Made by a program: the position numbers and the translations under genes
Shown here: piece after piece, positions 1 through 8,912 of the stretch
Layout: each line of letters opens with the position of its first letter
Position numbering within the stretch: the stretch's first letter is position 1
Notes under the pieces: model-generated
The model's input: the letters and a program-made list of their open reading frames with translations, nothing else
Database searches by the model: none
Told to the model about the DNA's origin: nothing
Source: Planctomycetota bacterium
GTDB lineage: Bacteria; Planctomycetota; UBA11346
Direction: 5' to 3'
Assembly (NCBI GenBank): GCA_038231435.1
Contig: JBBRLJ010000003.1
Location: 32,001 to 96,000, forward strand
DNA length: 64,000 bases

Positions 1-1
1 C

Positions 2-778
2 AAGCCAGGTTCGGACGTGCTGCTGGTATCGCAGGGGGCAGTCGCGAATCCGCTGGCGGCGGTCTGCCGCTACGGCGCCGGGCGGGTCTTGTGGATGGGC
101 ACCGATGAGACCTGGCGCTGGCGCGATCGGCTCGGCGACCGCGTGCATCAGGCCTTCTGGCTGCAGGCGGTGCGCTGGGGGCTCGGCAGCCGGCTGCGCG
201 GCAAGGATCCACGCCTGCAGGTGGCTGTCGACCGCATGCTCATCGAGCCCGGCGAAACCGTGGAACTGCGCGCTCGCGCGCGTACCTCTGCCGGCTTGGT
301 CGTCACCGAGCCACCGCAGGCCCACGTGCGCAAGATCGACGACGACGGCAAGCCCGTCCCGGGCAGTGAACAGACCCTGGCGTTACGCGCGCTTCCCGAT
401 GCCGAGGGCTTGTTCCACGCGGGTATCGCCAACCTCGGGGAAGGGCGATGGCAGTTGACCGTGAGCAGCGACCATCCCGAGCTGAGCGGATTGACCGAGG
501 TCCGCGATGTGCTGGTGCGCACGCGCGCCAGCCTCGAGGGCGTCGAACTTGCCGCCGATCCTGCGAACCTGGCGCGCCTCGCGGCGGCCGGCGGTTTCCA
601 TGCGAGCGGCATGCCCGAGGCAGCGGCGTTGGCCAAGGAGTTGGCCACGAACCTGGTGCCGACGATCACCCGCTCCCGTACCGTATGGCGTCTATGGGAC
701 GGTTACGGGGTGCTGGTAGCCGTGGTCGGCCTGCTGAGCCTCGAATGGCTGTGGCGCAAGCGTCAGGGACTGCCCTGA
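2..778 (+). CDS. C-terminal part of a large membrane protein (GATase1-like/Ig-like tail of the type found in planctomycete VWA-domain membrane proteins); truncated at window start
   Basis: Open frame from the window edge. Motifs YGAGRVLWMGTDETWRWR...FWLQAVRW, an Ig-like segment, and a terminal TM helix ending LEWLWRKRQGLP, a tail I associate with these proteins. Confidence 0.65.
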   Translation, partial: KPGSDVLLVSQGAVANPLAAVCRYGAGRVLWMGTDETWRWRDRLGDRVHQAFWLQAVRWGLGSRLRGKDPRLQVAVDRMLIEPGETVELRARARTSAGLVVTEPPQAHVRKIDDDGKPVPGSEQTLALRALPDAEGLFHAGIANLGEGRWQLTVSSDHPELSGLTEVRDVLVRTRASLEGVELAADPANLARLAAAGGFHASGMPEAAALAKELATNLVPTITRSRTVWRLWDGYGVLVAVVGLLSLEWLWRKRQGLP

Positions 779-1049
779 TCCAGCGTCTGCAGCCTGCCGC
801 CTCCATGTGGGCCGCAGTCATTCTCAGACTAGCCGGACAGCCCGCCCGAAAGTCAGCTACGCCGGGGCACGCTGACGCACGGCGCCACCAAGCGTAGCTC
901 GCCGCTGGCTCATCACGCATGTGAAGGATCGCCGTATTTCGCTGCCGATGCAGGTGTGGATCAGGGTAGAATGCGCCGCTGACACGGCCAGCTGCCACCA
1001 TCGCCACATACTGCTGCAGATCGGTTGCAGACGAACTCCGGAGGTTCCA

Positions 1050-2555
1050 ATGACACGCGCCCACCGCCTTCCCATCACCTGCTCACTGCTGGCAGCCCTC
1101 GGGCTGGCGGCTTCCGCCACGGCTGCTGATCGGGACCACGCTCAGATGTGCTCGATGGGTGCCTGCGATGATTCCGGCAGGCCATCCGCATCGAGCGCAT
1201 CGAGCGCATCGAGCGATTTCCGCGCCGCTCACATGAGTGATGGCAAGGACCGCACAGTCTCGGCCAAGGCGGACGTCACCAGTCCAGGAAATCGGGCGAC
1301 GGGGCGGCACGGTCATGCCGGGCCGGGCTACTCTGAGTCGGGTTACGCCGGAGATGCGGGCCACGCTGGAGATGAGGGCTACGCTGAAAATCGCACGGCC
1401 ATGACCGTTCACCCCCCTCTGACGCAGAGGGCCGCCAACATGCGCGACAACAAGGATGCCACCACCTCTGCCAAGGGTGCCGATGACTGGATCGCCGCCC
1501 GCCATGGCGCGGTCCACGAATCAGCCATGGTTGCCGATCTCGGTGAGTTTCGCGCAGCCAACATGGCTGATCACAAGACCAGCCTGGAGCCGAAGGCCGA
1601 GGCCAGGGGCGAGGAGACTGGGATCGGATCCAGCCGAGAGCGAGCAGCTGCGGGATGGCAGTCCGGCTTGGTACTGAACCCGGAATCCGTTTCGGAAGGT
1701 CCGATCACCGATGCATCCGCCACCGAGGCCCGGATCGCCACTGGTCCGGATTCGTCTGCGCCTGCGGCTCCAGCGACGAGGCACGAACAGGGACTCTGGA
1801 ACAGCGGACACGATGCCGACGTGAGCCAAGCGCCCGCGGCGGTCCAAGCGACCATCGCCCGCGAGGCGGCGGGCCGAGACCTCCATACGCTATCGGCCAA
1901 GGTCGAGAACGGACGGACGATCTACGACGCCCGTATCGCGCGACCTGGCGACGATGAACTCCGCCTGAAGGTCGCCGAGGATGGTTCCATCGTCTGGCGG
2001 AACGATCTGAAGGAGCAGGCCACGGCTCCGCTGATCCAGCCCACGGACACGAGCAGTGGATCGACGTCGACGACGGTGGCTCCCGCGGGGCCGATGAAGG
2101 CCGCGGATGAGCAGCAGGCGATCGGCCACGCCTCTGGCTCGGGGAGCTCCGGTTCCTCGACCGGTGCGGATCCCTCGCACTCGACTCCCGCCGATCAGTC
2201 GCGCCAGGATCCTTCGACCGCGCGCGCGAACGCCGAAGTGGATGAGGCGAAGATGAGTTCACTCGACACCAGCGACACCAGCGGCAATGGAGTCCACGAT
2301 GCCCATGCGGTGCCGGCCGCCACGGACACCGACGGCTGGTTGGGCTTGGGCTCGGGCAACCGCGTGGCCATCGAGGAGGTGCCGAAAGCGGTGAAGGATG
2401 CGATCCTGCGCGAAGCCGACGGCAAGGCGATCTCGCGCATCGACCGGGACAGCGAGCAGGGCAAGACCATCTACAAAGCGCGCATCCGCGTAAACGATGG
2501 CAAGGACTTGAAGCTCAAGTTCGCCGAGGACGGCACGGTCGTCTCGCGGAAGTAG
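1050..2555 (+). CDS. Secreted low-complexity protein with two PepSY-like domains
   Basis: ATG at 1050 follows GGAGG. Signal peptide MTRAHRLPITCSLLAALGLAASATAA. Two homologous segments: APAAVQATIAREAAG...ENGRTIYDARI...LKVAEDGSIV and VPKAVKDAILREADG...EQGKTIYKARI...LKFAEDGTVV. Confidence 0.7.
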   Translation: MTRAHRLPITCSLLAALGLAASATAADRDHAQMCSMGACDDSGRPSASSASSASSDFRAAHMSDGKDRTVSAKADVTSPGNRATGRHGHAGPGYSESGYAGDAGHAGDEGYAENRTAMTVHPPLTQRAANMRDNKDATTSAKGADDWIAARHGAVHESAMVADLGEFRAANMADHKTSLEPKAEARGEETGIGSSRERAAAGWQSGLVLNPESVSEGPITDASATEARIATGPDSSAPAAPATRHEQGLWNSGHDADVSQAPAAVQATIAREAAGRDLHTLSAKVENGRTIYDARIARPGDDELRLKVAEDGSIVWRNDLKEQATAPLIQPTDTSSGSTSTTVAPAGPMKAADEQQAIGHASGSGSSGSSTGADPSHSTPADQSRQDPSTARANAEVDEAKMSSLDTSDTSGNGVHDAHAVPAATDTDGWLGLGSGNRVAIEEVPKAVKDAILREADGKAISRIDRDSEQGKTIYKARIRVNDGKDLKLKFAEDGTVVSRK

Positions 2556-2560
2556 CTTTC

Positions 2561-2690
2561 TGTTGGGGGGCTACGGCCCCCCAACATCACTGTCGGTTGG
2601 GGGGCTACGGCCCCCCAACATCGGCCTTCGGCCTGCCCCCCGGGAGGCGGGGAGAAGCAGGGTTTGGAGCAGGCACCTGGAGCGCTGCTC
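2561..2690. repeat. REP-like element, type A: two GTTGGGGGGC-TACG-GCCCCCCAAC hairpins plus downstream modules
   Basis: Perfect hairpins at 2561-2586 and 2596-2619. The same 24-mer recurs at 39927 and 58400. The downstream CTGCCCCCCGGGA and GGAGCAGGC...GCGCTGCTC modules are shared with the 39927 copy. It lies between convergent genes. Confidence 0.85.
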
Positions 2691-2700
2691 GGCGCGAAAG

Positions 2701-4203
2701 TCAGGTCAGGCCGAAATCGAAGAATCTGGCGGCGTTGCGGTAGCAGATGTCGGTGACCATGTTGCCGACCAGGTCGAGGTCGTCGGGGAGCAGGCCGGCC
2801 TCCATTTCGCGACCCAGTGTGGCGCAGAGGATGCGCCGGAAGTATTCATGGCGGGTGTAGCTGAGGAACGAGCGTGAATCGGTGAGCATGCCGACGAAGC
2901 GGCTGAGCAGGCCCATGTTCGAGAGTGCGTCGAGCTGGCGCTCCATGCCGTCTTTCTGGTCGAGGAACCACCAGCCGCTGCCGAACTGGATCTTGCCCGC
3001 GATGCCGCCGCCCTGGAAATTGCCGATCATGGTGGCGATCATCTCGTTATCGCGCGGATTGAGATTGTAGATGATGGTCTTCGCCAGCTGGTCGGTGCCA
3101 TCGAGCCGGTCGAGCAGGCGAGACAGCGGCTGGGCGTAGTTCGCGTCGCCGATCGAGTCATAGCCGTGGTCGGGACCGAGCGCGCGGAACATGCGCGAGT
3201 TGTTGTTGCGCATCGCGCCGATGTGGAACTGCTGCACCCAGCCCTTGGCGTGATCCATGAGCGCCCACTCGTGGAGCATCGCGGACTTGAAGCGCGCAGT
3301 CTCGTCGCGCGACGGCTGGTTCCCCGAGCGCGCTTTGGCGAAGATCGTTGCGATCTCCGACTCGGTGTACGGCTCGGCGTAGACCGTGTCCAAGCCGTGG
3401 TCGGACAGACGGCAGCCGTTCGCGTGGAAGAAATCGTGACGCGCGCGCAACGCGGCCATGTAGTCGGCGTGGGTGCGAATCGGGATCTTCGCCACAGCCG
3501 CGAGCCGATCGAGCCATTCGTTGAACATCGGCACCTGGTCCACCGCCATGCCCTTGTCCGGGCGCCAGGTGGGGCGGACCTGCACGCTGAAAGCGCGGTC
3601 GCGTGCGATCGCTTGGTGGTGCTCGAGCGAGTCGATCGGATCATCGGTGGTGCAGACGACGCGTACGTCCATGCGCTCCATGATGCCGCGCGCGCTGAAA
3701 CCCGGTCGGGCGAGCTGCTCGTTGCAGCGTTGCCAGACCGATGTCGCGGTGTCGGGGCCGAGCAGTACATCCGTCACCCCGAAGGGCCGCTTCAGCTCGA
3801 GATGGGTCCAGTGGTAGAGCGGATTGCGCAAGCACTTCGGCACGGTCTCGGCCCAGCTGCTGAACTTGTCGCGATCGCTGGCGTCGCCGGTGATGCGGCG
3901 TTCGGGGATGCCGTTGGCGCGCATCGCTCGCCACTTGTAATGGTCGCCCGCCAGCCAGATGGCGGTGAGATTCTCGAAACGCCGGTCGCTCGCGATCTGG
4001 TCGGGCGGCAGATGGCAATGATAGTCGATGATCGGCTGGCCTTCGGCGTACTCATGGTAGAGGCGTTGCGCACGGCGGTTCGGGAGCAGGAACTGCTGCG
4101 TGATGAACACATGCTTTTTGCCTGACTTCGCCAGGGTGCTCCCTGGGGTGGCTTTCCGTGGCCGTGGGCTGCGTCGGGCGGTTCTCGGTGCTGGGCGGGC
4201 CAT
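2701..4203 (-). CDS. uxaC: Glucuronate (uronate) isomerase
   Basis: Hallmark motifs PIIDYHCHL, WLAGDHYKWRAMR, NPLYHWTHLEL, CTTDDP, QFGSGWWFLD, GMLTDSRSFLSYTRHEYFRR. ATG at 4203 with an AGGAG ribosome-binding site. Confidence 0.97.
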   Translation of the reverse strand: MARPAPRTARRSPRPRKATPGSTLAKSGKKHVFITQQFLLPNRRAQRLYHEYAEGQPIIDYHCHLPPDQIASDRRFENLTAIWLAGDHYKWRAMRANGIPERRITGDASDRDKFSSWAETVPKCLRNPLYHWTHLELKRPFGVTDVLLGPDTATSVWQRCNEQLARPGFSARGIMERMDVRVVCTTDDPIDSLEHHQAIARDRAFSVQVRPTWRPDKGMAVDQVPMFNEWLDRLAAVAKIPIRTHADYMAALRARHDFFHANGCRLSDHGLDTVYAEPYTESEIATIFAKARSGNQPSRDETARFKSAMLHEWALMDHAKGWVQQFHIGAMRNNNSRMFRALGPDHGYDSIGDANYAQPLSRLLDRLDGTDQLAKTIIYNLNPRDNEMIATMIGNFQGGGIAGKIQFGSGWWFLDQKDGMERQLDALSNMGLLSRFVGMLTDSRSFLSYTRHEYFRRILCATLGREMEAGLLPDDLDLVGNMVTDICYRNAARFFDFGLT

Positions 4204-4358
4204 GGCGACTCCTTGCGGGGGATGCAAGGGTCGCTGCGGAACCGGCACAGACAAGGCCGTGCGGCGCGGTGCGGAGCGAGATTGGGTCTTTATTAAGCGA
4301 CCAGGGGCATAGCCTCTTCGCCTTCCCCTGGGGCGGGTCGCCGACGGGATGGAGCGGT

Positions 4359-6275
4359 ATGACCGAGTCTTTCGTGGCGGACGTGGTGGACGCGGTGGCT
4401 TCCGTCCCAGCCGCGGGACGCAGCGCGGTGCTGCCTTCGCCGATGCCAGTGGTCGCGCTGCCGCCAGCGGCCGGCGCGTCGGTCCAGGTGTTGAAAGTAG
4501 CCCCTCCTCTGCGGGCATGGTCCGCGGCGTGGTCATCCCACCTGACGCCCTTGGCTCTGGCCGGATTGATGTGGGCGGCGCTGCTCGGAGTCGGATTGGC
4601 GTTCAGGCCGGTGATGCCGATGGACGAGACGCGCTACCTGACCATCGCCTGGGAGATGTGGACGGGCGGCGACCATCTCGTGCCGCACCTGAATGGACAG
4701 CCGTACGCGCACAAGGGACCGCTGCTGTTCTGGCTGGTCAACGCGGCGTGGATGGTGACGGGCGTCTGCGACTGGTCGGCGCGACTGGTGTCGCCGCTGT
4801 TCGGCCTGGGCTGTCTGCTGCTCACCTCCCGCCTCGGCGCCATGCTGTGGCCCGACCTTCCTCACGTGCGGCGCTACGCTCCGTTGGTGCTCGCGGGCGG
4901 CGCCTTCTGGAGCGTGTTCTCCACCCTCACCTACTTCGACACGCTGGTCACGTTCTTCTCCTTGCTCGGAGCGTGCGGCATCGTCCAGGCATGGCGCGGC
5001 AACGCCTGGCTGGGCTGGCTCCAACTCGCGCCCGCCATTGGGCTCGGATTGCTGACGAAGGGGCCGGTCATCCTCGTGCACCTCGCGCCGATCGCCTTGT
5101 TGGCTCCCTGGTGGACGCGTGGCTCCGCGCAGGGCCAGCTGCGCGGAGCGCGCTGGCTGGCCGGAATCACGGCGTGCCTGGCGGTGGGCATAGCGATGGC
5201 CCTGGCGTGGGCGTTGCCCGCGGCGCGCGCGGGCGGTGCCGAATACGAGCATAGCATCTTCCTCGGACAGACCGCCGATCGAGTGGTGAGTTCGTTCGCC
5301 CATCCCCAGCCGTTCTACTGGTATCTGCTCGTGCTGCCGGTGATGCTGTTCCCTTGGGCGTTCTGGGTGCCGTTATGGCGCACCGCCGTGGTCGCATTGC
5401 GAGGCACGTGGTCGCGAGCGCCCGTGCCCGCACGCGACGCCGGCGTGATCGAGATGATGCGCGAGCCGGGAGTTCGCGCATGCCTGTGCTGGGTCGGATG
5501 CGTGCTGGGGATCCTGAGCCTGGTCAGCGGCAAGCTGCCGCATTACCTCATGCCGATCCTTCCCGCGTGCTCACTGCTGATGGCCCGCGCCCTACCCTTG
5601 TGCCGCATCGATCGGCCGCGCCTGGCTCAGCTACCGGTGGCCCTCACGCTCATGCTCGTCGGCGCGGTCGCCGCTGCTCTTGCGATCATCGATCCGCCCG
5701 CGTTTCCGGACTGGGTACACCGCATTCCGGCGTCCGCTGGCACCTCGCTGTTCGTGGTCGGCGGCGTGCTGCTGGTCTTCCGCTTCTCCGATCCGTTCGC
5801 CTGGGTGATCGCCGCCACGGTGGCGATGGCCGCCGTGGTGATGTCCGCGCACGCCACCACCAGCCGCGGCGTCCGCACCGCATACGATCTCGCGCCCATG
5901 GCCGAGCGCATCGCCGCCTGCGAACACGCGGGGATCAAGGTCTCGTTCCTCGGCCTCTACCATGGCGAGTACACCTACCTCGCACGCCTCGCCAAACCGT
6001 TGCCACGGATCGAATGGCGCGAGGCGCGCCGTTGGGTGTTCGCACACCCCGGGGAAGCTTTCGTCGCCGTCTACCGCGACGAAGCGATGACCGCGCTCGG
6101 CGACCCTTCGTTCATCCAGGATTTCCGCGGCAAGAATCGCGTCGGCCTGTGGTATGCCGACGAGGTACGCGCCAACGCTTTGGCGCACCCGCCTCTGGAT
6201 CTCGGGCCAGGCTACATCTTCGATCGCGACGCCGCCCTCGATACGGGCAGACGGACGGATGCCGAACAACCCTGA
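4359..6275 (+). CDS. ArnT/PMT-family (GT-C, GT83/GT39-like) membrane glycosyltransferase
   Basis: DETRY...AWEM, PHLNGQPYAHKGPLLFW, LTKGPV, HPQPFYWY, SGKLPHYLMP; many TM helices. ATG at 4359 follows GGAG. Confidence 0.88.
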   Translation: MTESFVADVVDAVASVPAAGRSAVLPSPMPVVALPPAAGASVQVLKVAPPLRAWSAAWSSHLTPLALAGLMWAALLGVGLAFRPVMPMDETRYLTIAWEMWTGGDHLVPHLNGQPYAHKGPLLFWLVNAAWMVTGVCDWSARLVSPLFGLGCLLLTSRLGAMLWPDLPHVRRYAPLVLAGGAFWSVFSTLTYFDTLVTFFSLLGACGIVQAWRGNAWLGWLQLAPAIGLGLLTKGPVILVHLAPIALLAPWWTRGSAQGQLRGARWLAGITACLAVGIAMALAWALPAARAGGAEYEHSIFLGQTADRVVSSFAHPQPFYWYLLVLPVMLFPWAFWVPLWRTAVVALRGTWSRAPVPARDAGVIEMMREPGVRACLCWVGCVLGILSLVSGKLPHYLMPILPACSLLMARALPLCRIDRPRLAQLPVALTLMLVGAVAAALAIIDPPAFPDWVHRIPASAGTSLFVVGGVLLVFRFSDPFAWVIAATVAMAAVVMSAHATTSRGVRTAYDLAPMAERIAACEHAGIKVSFLGLYHGEYTYLARLAKPLPRIEWREARRWVFAHPGEAFVAVYRDEAMTALGDPSFIQDFRGKNRVGLWYADEVRANALAHPPLDLGPGYIFDRDAALDTGRRTDAEQP

Positions 6276-8826
6276 GCTCGTACCGTCGCCGCGCCAACGC
6301 GGTTGGCTCCATTCGCATCTCCTTCCGCTGATCGCGGCGTGTTTTATCGTCTTAGCCGGCTTGTCCGGCTCCTATGACCTCGCCTTCAGCGACTGGGCGC
6401 GTTCGTGGACATCGGACGCCCGCCGGCCTGTCGACGAGCTGGTGGGAATGGTGCGGGTATTCGGCAAAGGAGAGGTGGCCATCGCGCTGGCGCTGATCGT
6501 CGGCGCGCTGGGCTGGCGCAAGCAAGCGCTGCAGATCCTGGTCGCACTCGCCGTGGTCTCGATCCTGGTGACCGCGGTCAAGCACGGAGTGATGCGCGAA
6601 CGGCCCAATCACAGCCATGGCTATTCGTTCCCCAGCGGGGACGCCGCCACCGTCGCCGCGCTGGTGGGTCCATTGATCGGCAGGAGCTGGCGGCTCGCGC
6701 CGATCATGATCGGATTGATGCTGGGAGTCTGCTACGGACGCATCCATCAAGGATACCATTATCCATCCGATGTATTCGCCGGCTGCGCGACCGGCATCTT
6801 CGCCGCAATCATCTCCGCATGGCTCGTCGCCCGGCTCTCGAAGCGAGCGCCCAGGCTTCCGCCAGCGCGCGCATGGCTCGCGTGCGCGCTCGCCTGGATC
6901 GTCGCCACGCTCACCGTCCAGGCCTGGGCTCGCGGCCATCACCAGCCGTCCGCTGGCGGCGACATGGACGCGTTCCTCTGCGTGTTCGGTCCACCACTGG
7001 CGTTGGCTCTGGCCGTGCGTTGGTCCGCCATTGCCCGCCTGCGATCGGGGCTCGGGCTGCGCAGCTGGACGGCGCCGCTGCTGATCGGAGCCGCGACACT
7101 CGTGACCCTGCTGTGGCTGAGCACACGCTCGAGCCTGTGGGACCGCGACGAGCCGCGTTTCGCGCGCGCCAGCGTCGAGATGGCCGCGTCAGGCGACTAC
7201 ATCGTACCCACCTACAATGGCGAGGAGCGCCTGCACAAGCCGGCTGGCATCTACTGGTTGATGTCGAGCTCGCTCCGCGCGTTCGGCGAAACCGAATTGG
7301 CTGCCCGCCTTCCCGCGGTGCTCGCCGCGCTCGCCATCGGTTGGCTGACGTGGTGGATCGGACGGCGCCTCACTAGCACTGCTGTCGGCTCCTGGGCCGC
7401 CGCCATCGTGGTCACATCGCCGCTCCTGGTGGTGTGTGGCAGCGCGGCGACGACCGATGGGGTATTGGTGATGTTCATCACTTCCGCGATGGCGCTGTTC
7501 GCGCATCAAATCACCTCCATGAACGCCGGTAGCGGCAGCAGCCGATCCGGCATGCTCATCCTGTTCGGATCAGCCGTGGGCTGCGCGCTGCTCGTCAAGG
7601 GACCGCTCGGAGCGGTGCCAGGGCTTGCCGTCGTGGCCACCGGGTTCCTCTCATGGGGGAAACCCGTGTTCACCGAACGGTTCACCGTCGGCTTCTGGAT
7701 TCGTTTCGCGGGAGCGATGGCCCTGGCGCTAGATCTGTTCCTGGCCTGGGGCATCCCCGCGTTCGAACGAACGGACGGCAGGTATTTCTCCGAGGGGATC
7801 GGCAGGCACGTGATCGGTCGCAGCTTGAGTCCGATGGAAAGCCATGGGGGCGCCTTCTGGAAATCCATCCCATACTACGTTCCGGTAGTGATCGCCGCGT
7901 TCTTCCCCTGGATAGGGTTGCTGCCGGGCGCGCTTTCGGCGTTGATCGCTGGCCGTTTGGGCCACGAGACCCGAGCCTTCCTGCTCGCATGGATGGTGCC
8001 GACTTTCGTGGTGATGAGCTGCGTCGCGACCAAACTGCCGCACTACATCCTACCGATCTTTCCCGCGCTCGCCCTCACCGTCGCCCTGCTGATGGCCGCG
8101 GCCCGCGACGGCAAGCTTTCACCGCGGGATTGGCGCTGGCTGCGCGTCGGCACTTGGCTGATGGTGACGATGGCAGTGGTGCTGGTCGTCGCTCTGCTCG
8201 CGGCACCTTGGCTGCGACTGATCCCCCTCGAGGCTCTTCCGGCGAAGGTGGCGAAGGGACTCTCCACCTTGCCGCCGCTGCCCAACCTGCTCGCTCCGCT
8301 CGCGGGCATCGCGCTGGTCATCGCGACCATCGCGGTGCTGGCTGGACGCGCGATCGCTCACCGCCGGCTGGACCGCGCCGGCGTGGCGATGGGAATCGGC
8401 ATGGCGCTGTTCGTGCTCGCGGCCGGCCTCGACGCCATGCCGCGTTTCGAGGAGCTCAAGCCCTCGAAGCCCCTGGCCCTGGCCATCCGCGCCGCGACCC
8501 CCGCCACGGTCCCGGTCAGCGTCGTCGACTACGACGAGGCGAGTCTGCACTTCTATCTCGGCCGTGGACCGGTCACGGCGATCGGAGCCGGCGAGGCCAC
8601 GGTGGCGTGGACGATGTCGCCGGGTCCAGGCGTGCTCGTGCTCACCCGCGAGGCGTTCGAGGCGCTCGGCCGGCTCGATGGAGTCACACTATCCAGCGCC
8701 AACGACTCGTTCCAGATCACCGATCGCGCGGCCGGCTCGCGCTCCCTGCGCGTCATCGGAGCCCAGGCGGGGTTGAACATCGCCAATGGCAAGTGGTGCG
8801 ATCTGATCGCGGTGGCGAAGGATTGA
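6259..8826 (+). CDS. Fusion of a PAP2 lipid-phosphate phosphatase domain and an ArnT-family glycosyltransferase
   Basis: N-terminal KHGVMRERP / SFPSGD / GRIHQGYHYPSDV (PAP2 C1-C3). Then WDRDEPRFA...EM, HKPAG, LVKGP, TKLPHYILP (ArnT). Start overlaps the upstream gene end. Confidence 0.85.
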   Translation: MPNNPELVPSPRQRGWLHSHLLPLIAACFIVLAGLSGSYDLAFSDWARSWTSDARRPVDELVGMVRVFGKGEVAIALALIVGALGWRKQALQILVALAVVSILVTAVKHGVMRERPNHSHGYSFPSGDAATVAALVGPLIGRSWRLAPIMIGLMLGVCYGRIHQGYHYPSDVFAGCATGIFAAIISAWLVARLSKRAPRLPPARAWLACALAWIVATLTVQAWARGHHQPSAGGDMDAFLCVFGPPLALALAVRWSAIARLRSGLGLRSWTAPLLIGAATLVTLLWLSTRSSLWDRDEPRFARASVEMAASGDYIVPTYNGEERLHKPAGIYWLMSSSLRAFGETELAARLPAVLAALAIGWLTWWIGRRLTSTAVGSWAAAIVVTSPLLVVCGSAATTDGVLVMFITSAMALFAHQITSMNAGSGSSRSGMLILFGSAVGCALLVKGPLGAVPGLAVVATGFLSWGKPVFTERFTVGFWIRFAGAMALALDLFLAWGIPAFERTDGRYFSEGIGRHVIGRSLSPMESHGGAFWKSIPYYVPVVIAAFFPWIGLLPGALSALIAGRLGHETRAFLLAWMVPTFVVMSCVATKLPHYILPIFPALALTVALLMAAARDGKLSPRDWRWLRVGTWLMVTMAVVLVVALLAAPWLRLIPLEALPAKVAKGLSTLPPLPNLLAPLAGIALVIATIAVLAGRAIAHRRLDRAGVAMGIGMALFVLAAGLDAMPRFEELKPSKPLALAIRAATPATVPVSVVDYDEASLHFYLGRGPVTAIGAGEATVAWTMSPGPGVLVLTREAFEALGRLDGVTLSSANDSFQITDRAAGSRSLRVIGAQAGLNIANGKWCDLIAVAKD

Positions 8827-8912
8827 CCAGAGCGTACGCACGCAGCGGCGGAACAGCGACGACGGGCGACGGCCCCTGACAGGCCGTCGCTCAGCTCAGC
8901 ATCTCAGCGCGT

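Noticed and set aside
2561..2619. Two identical palindromic 24-mers as a mini-CRISPR
   Set aside because: The spacer is only about 10 bp, there are only two units and no cas genes, and the same unit occurs singly elsewhere, which fits REP behaviour.
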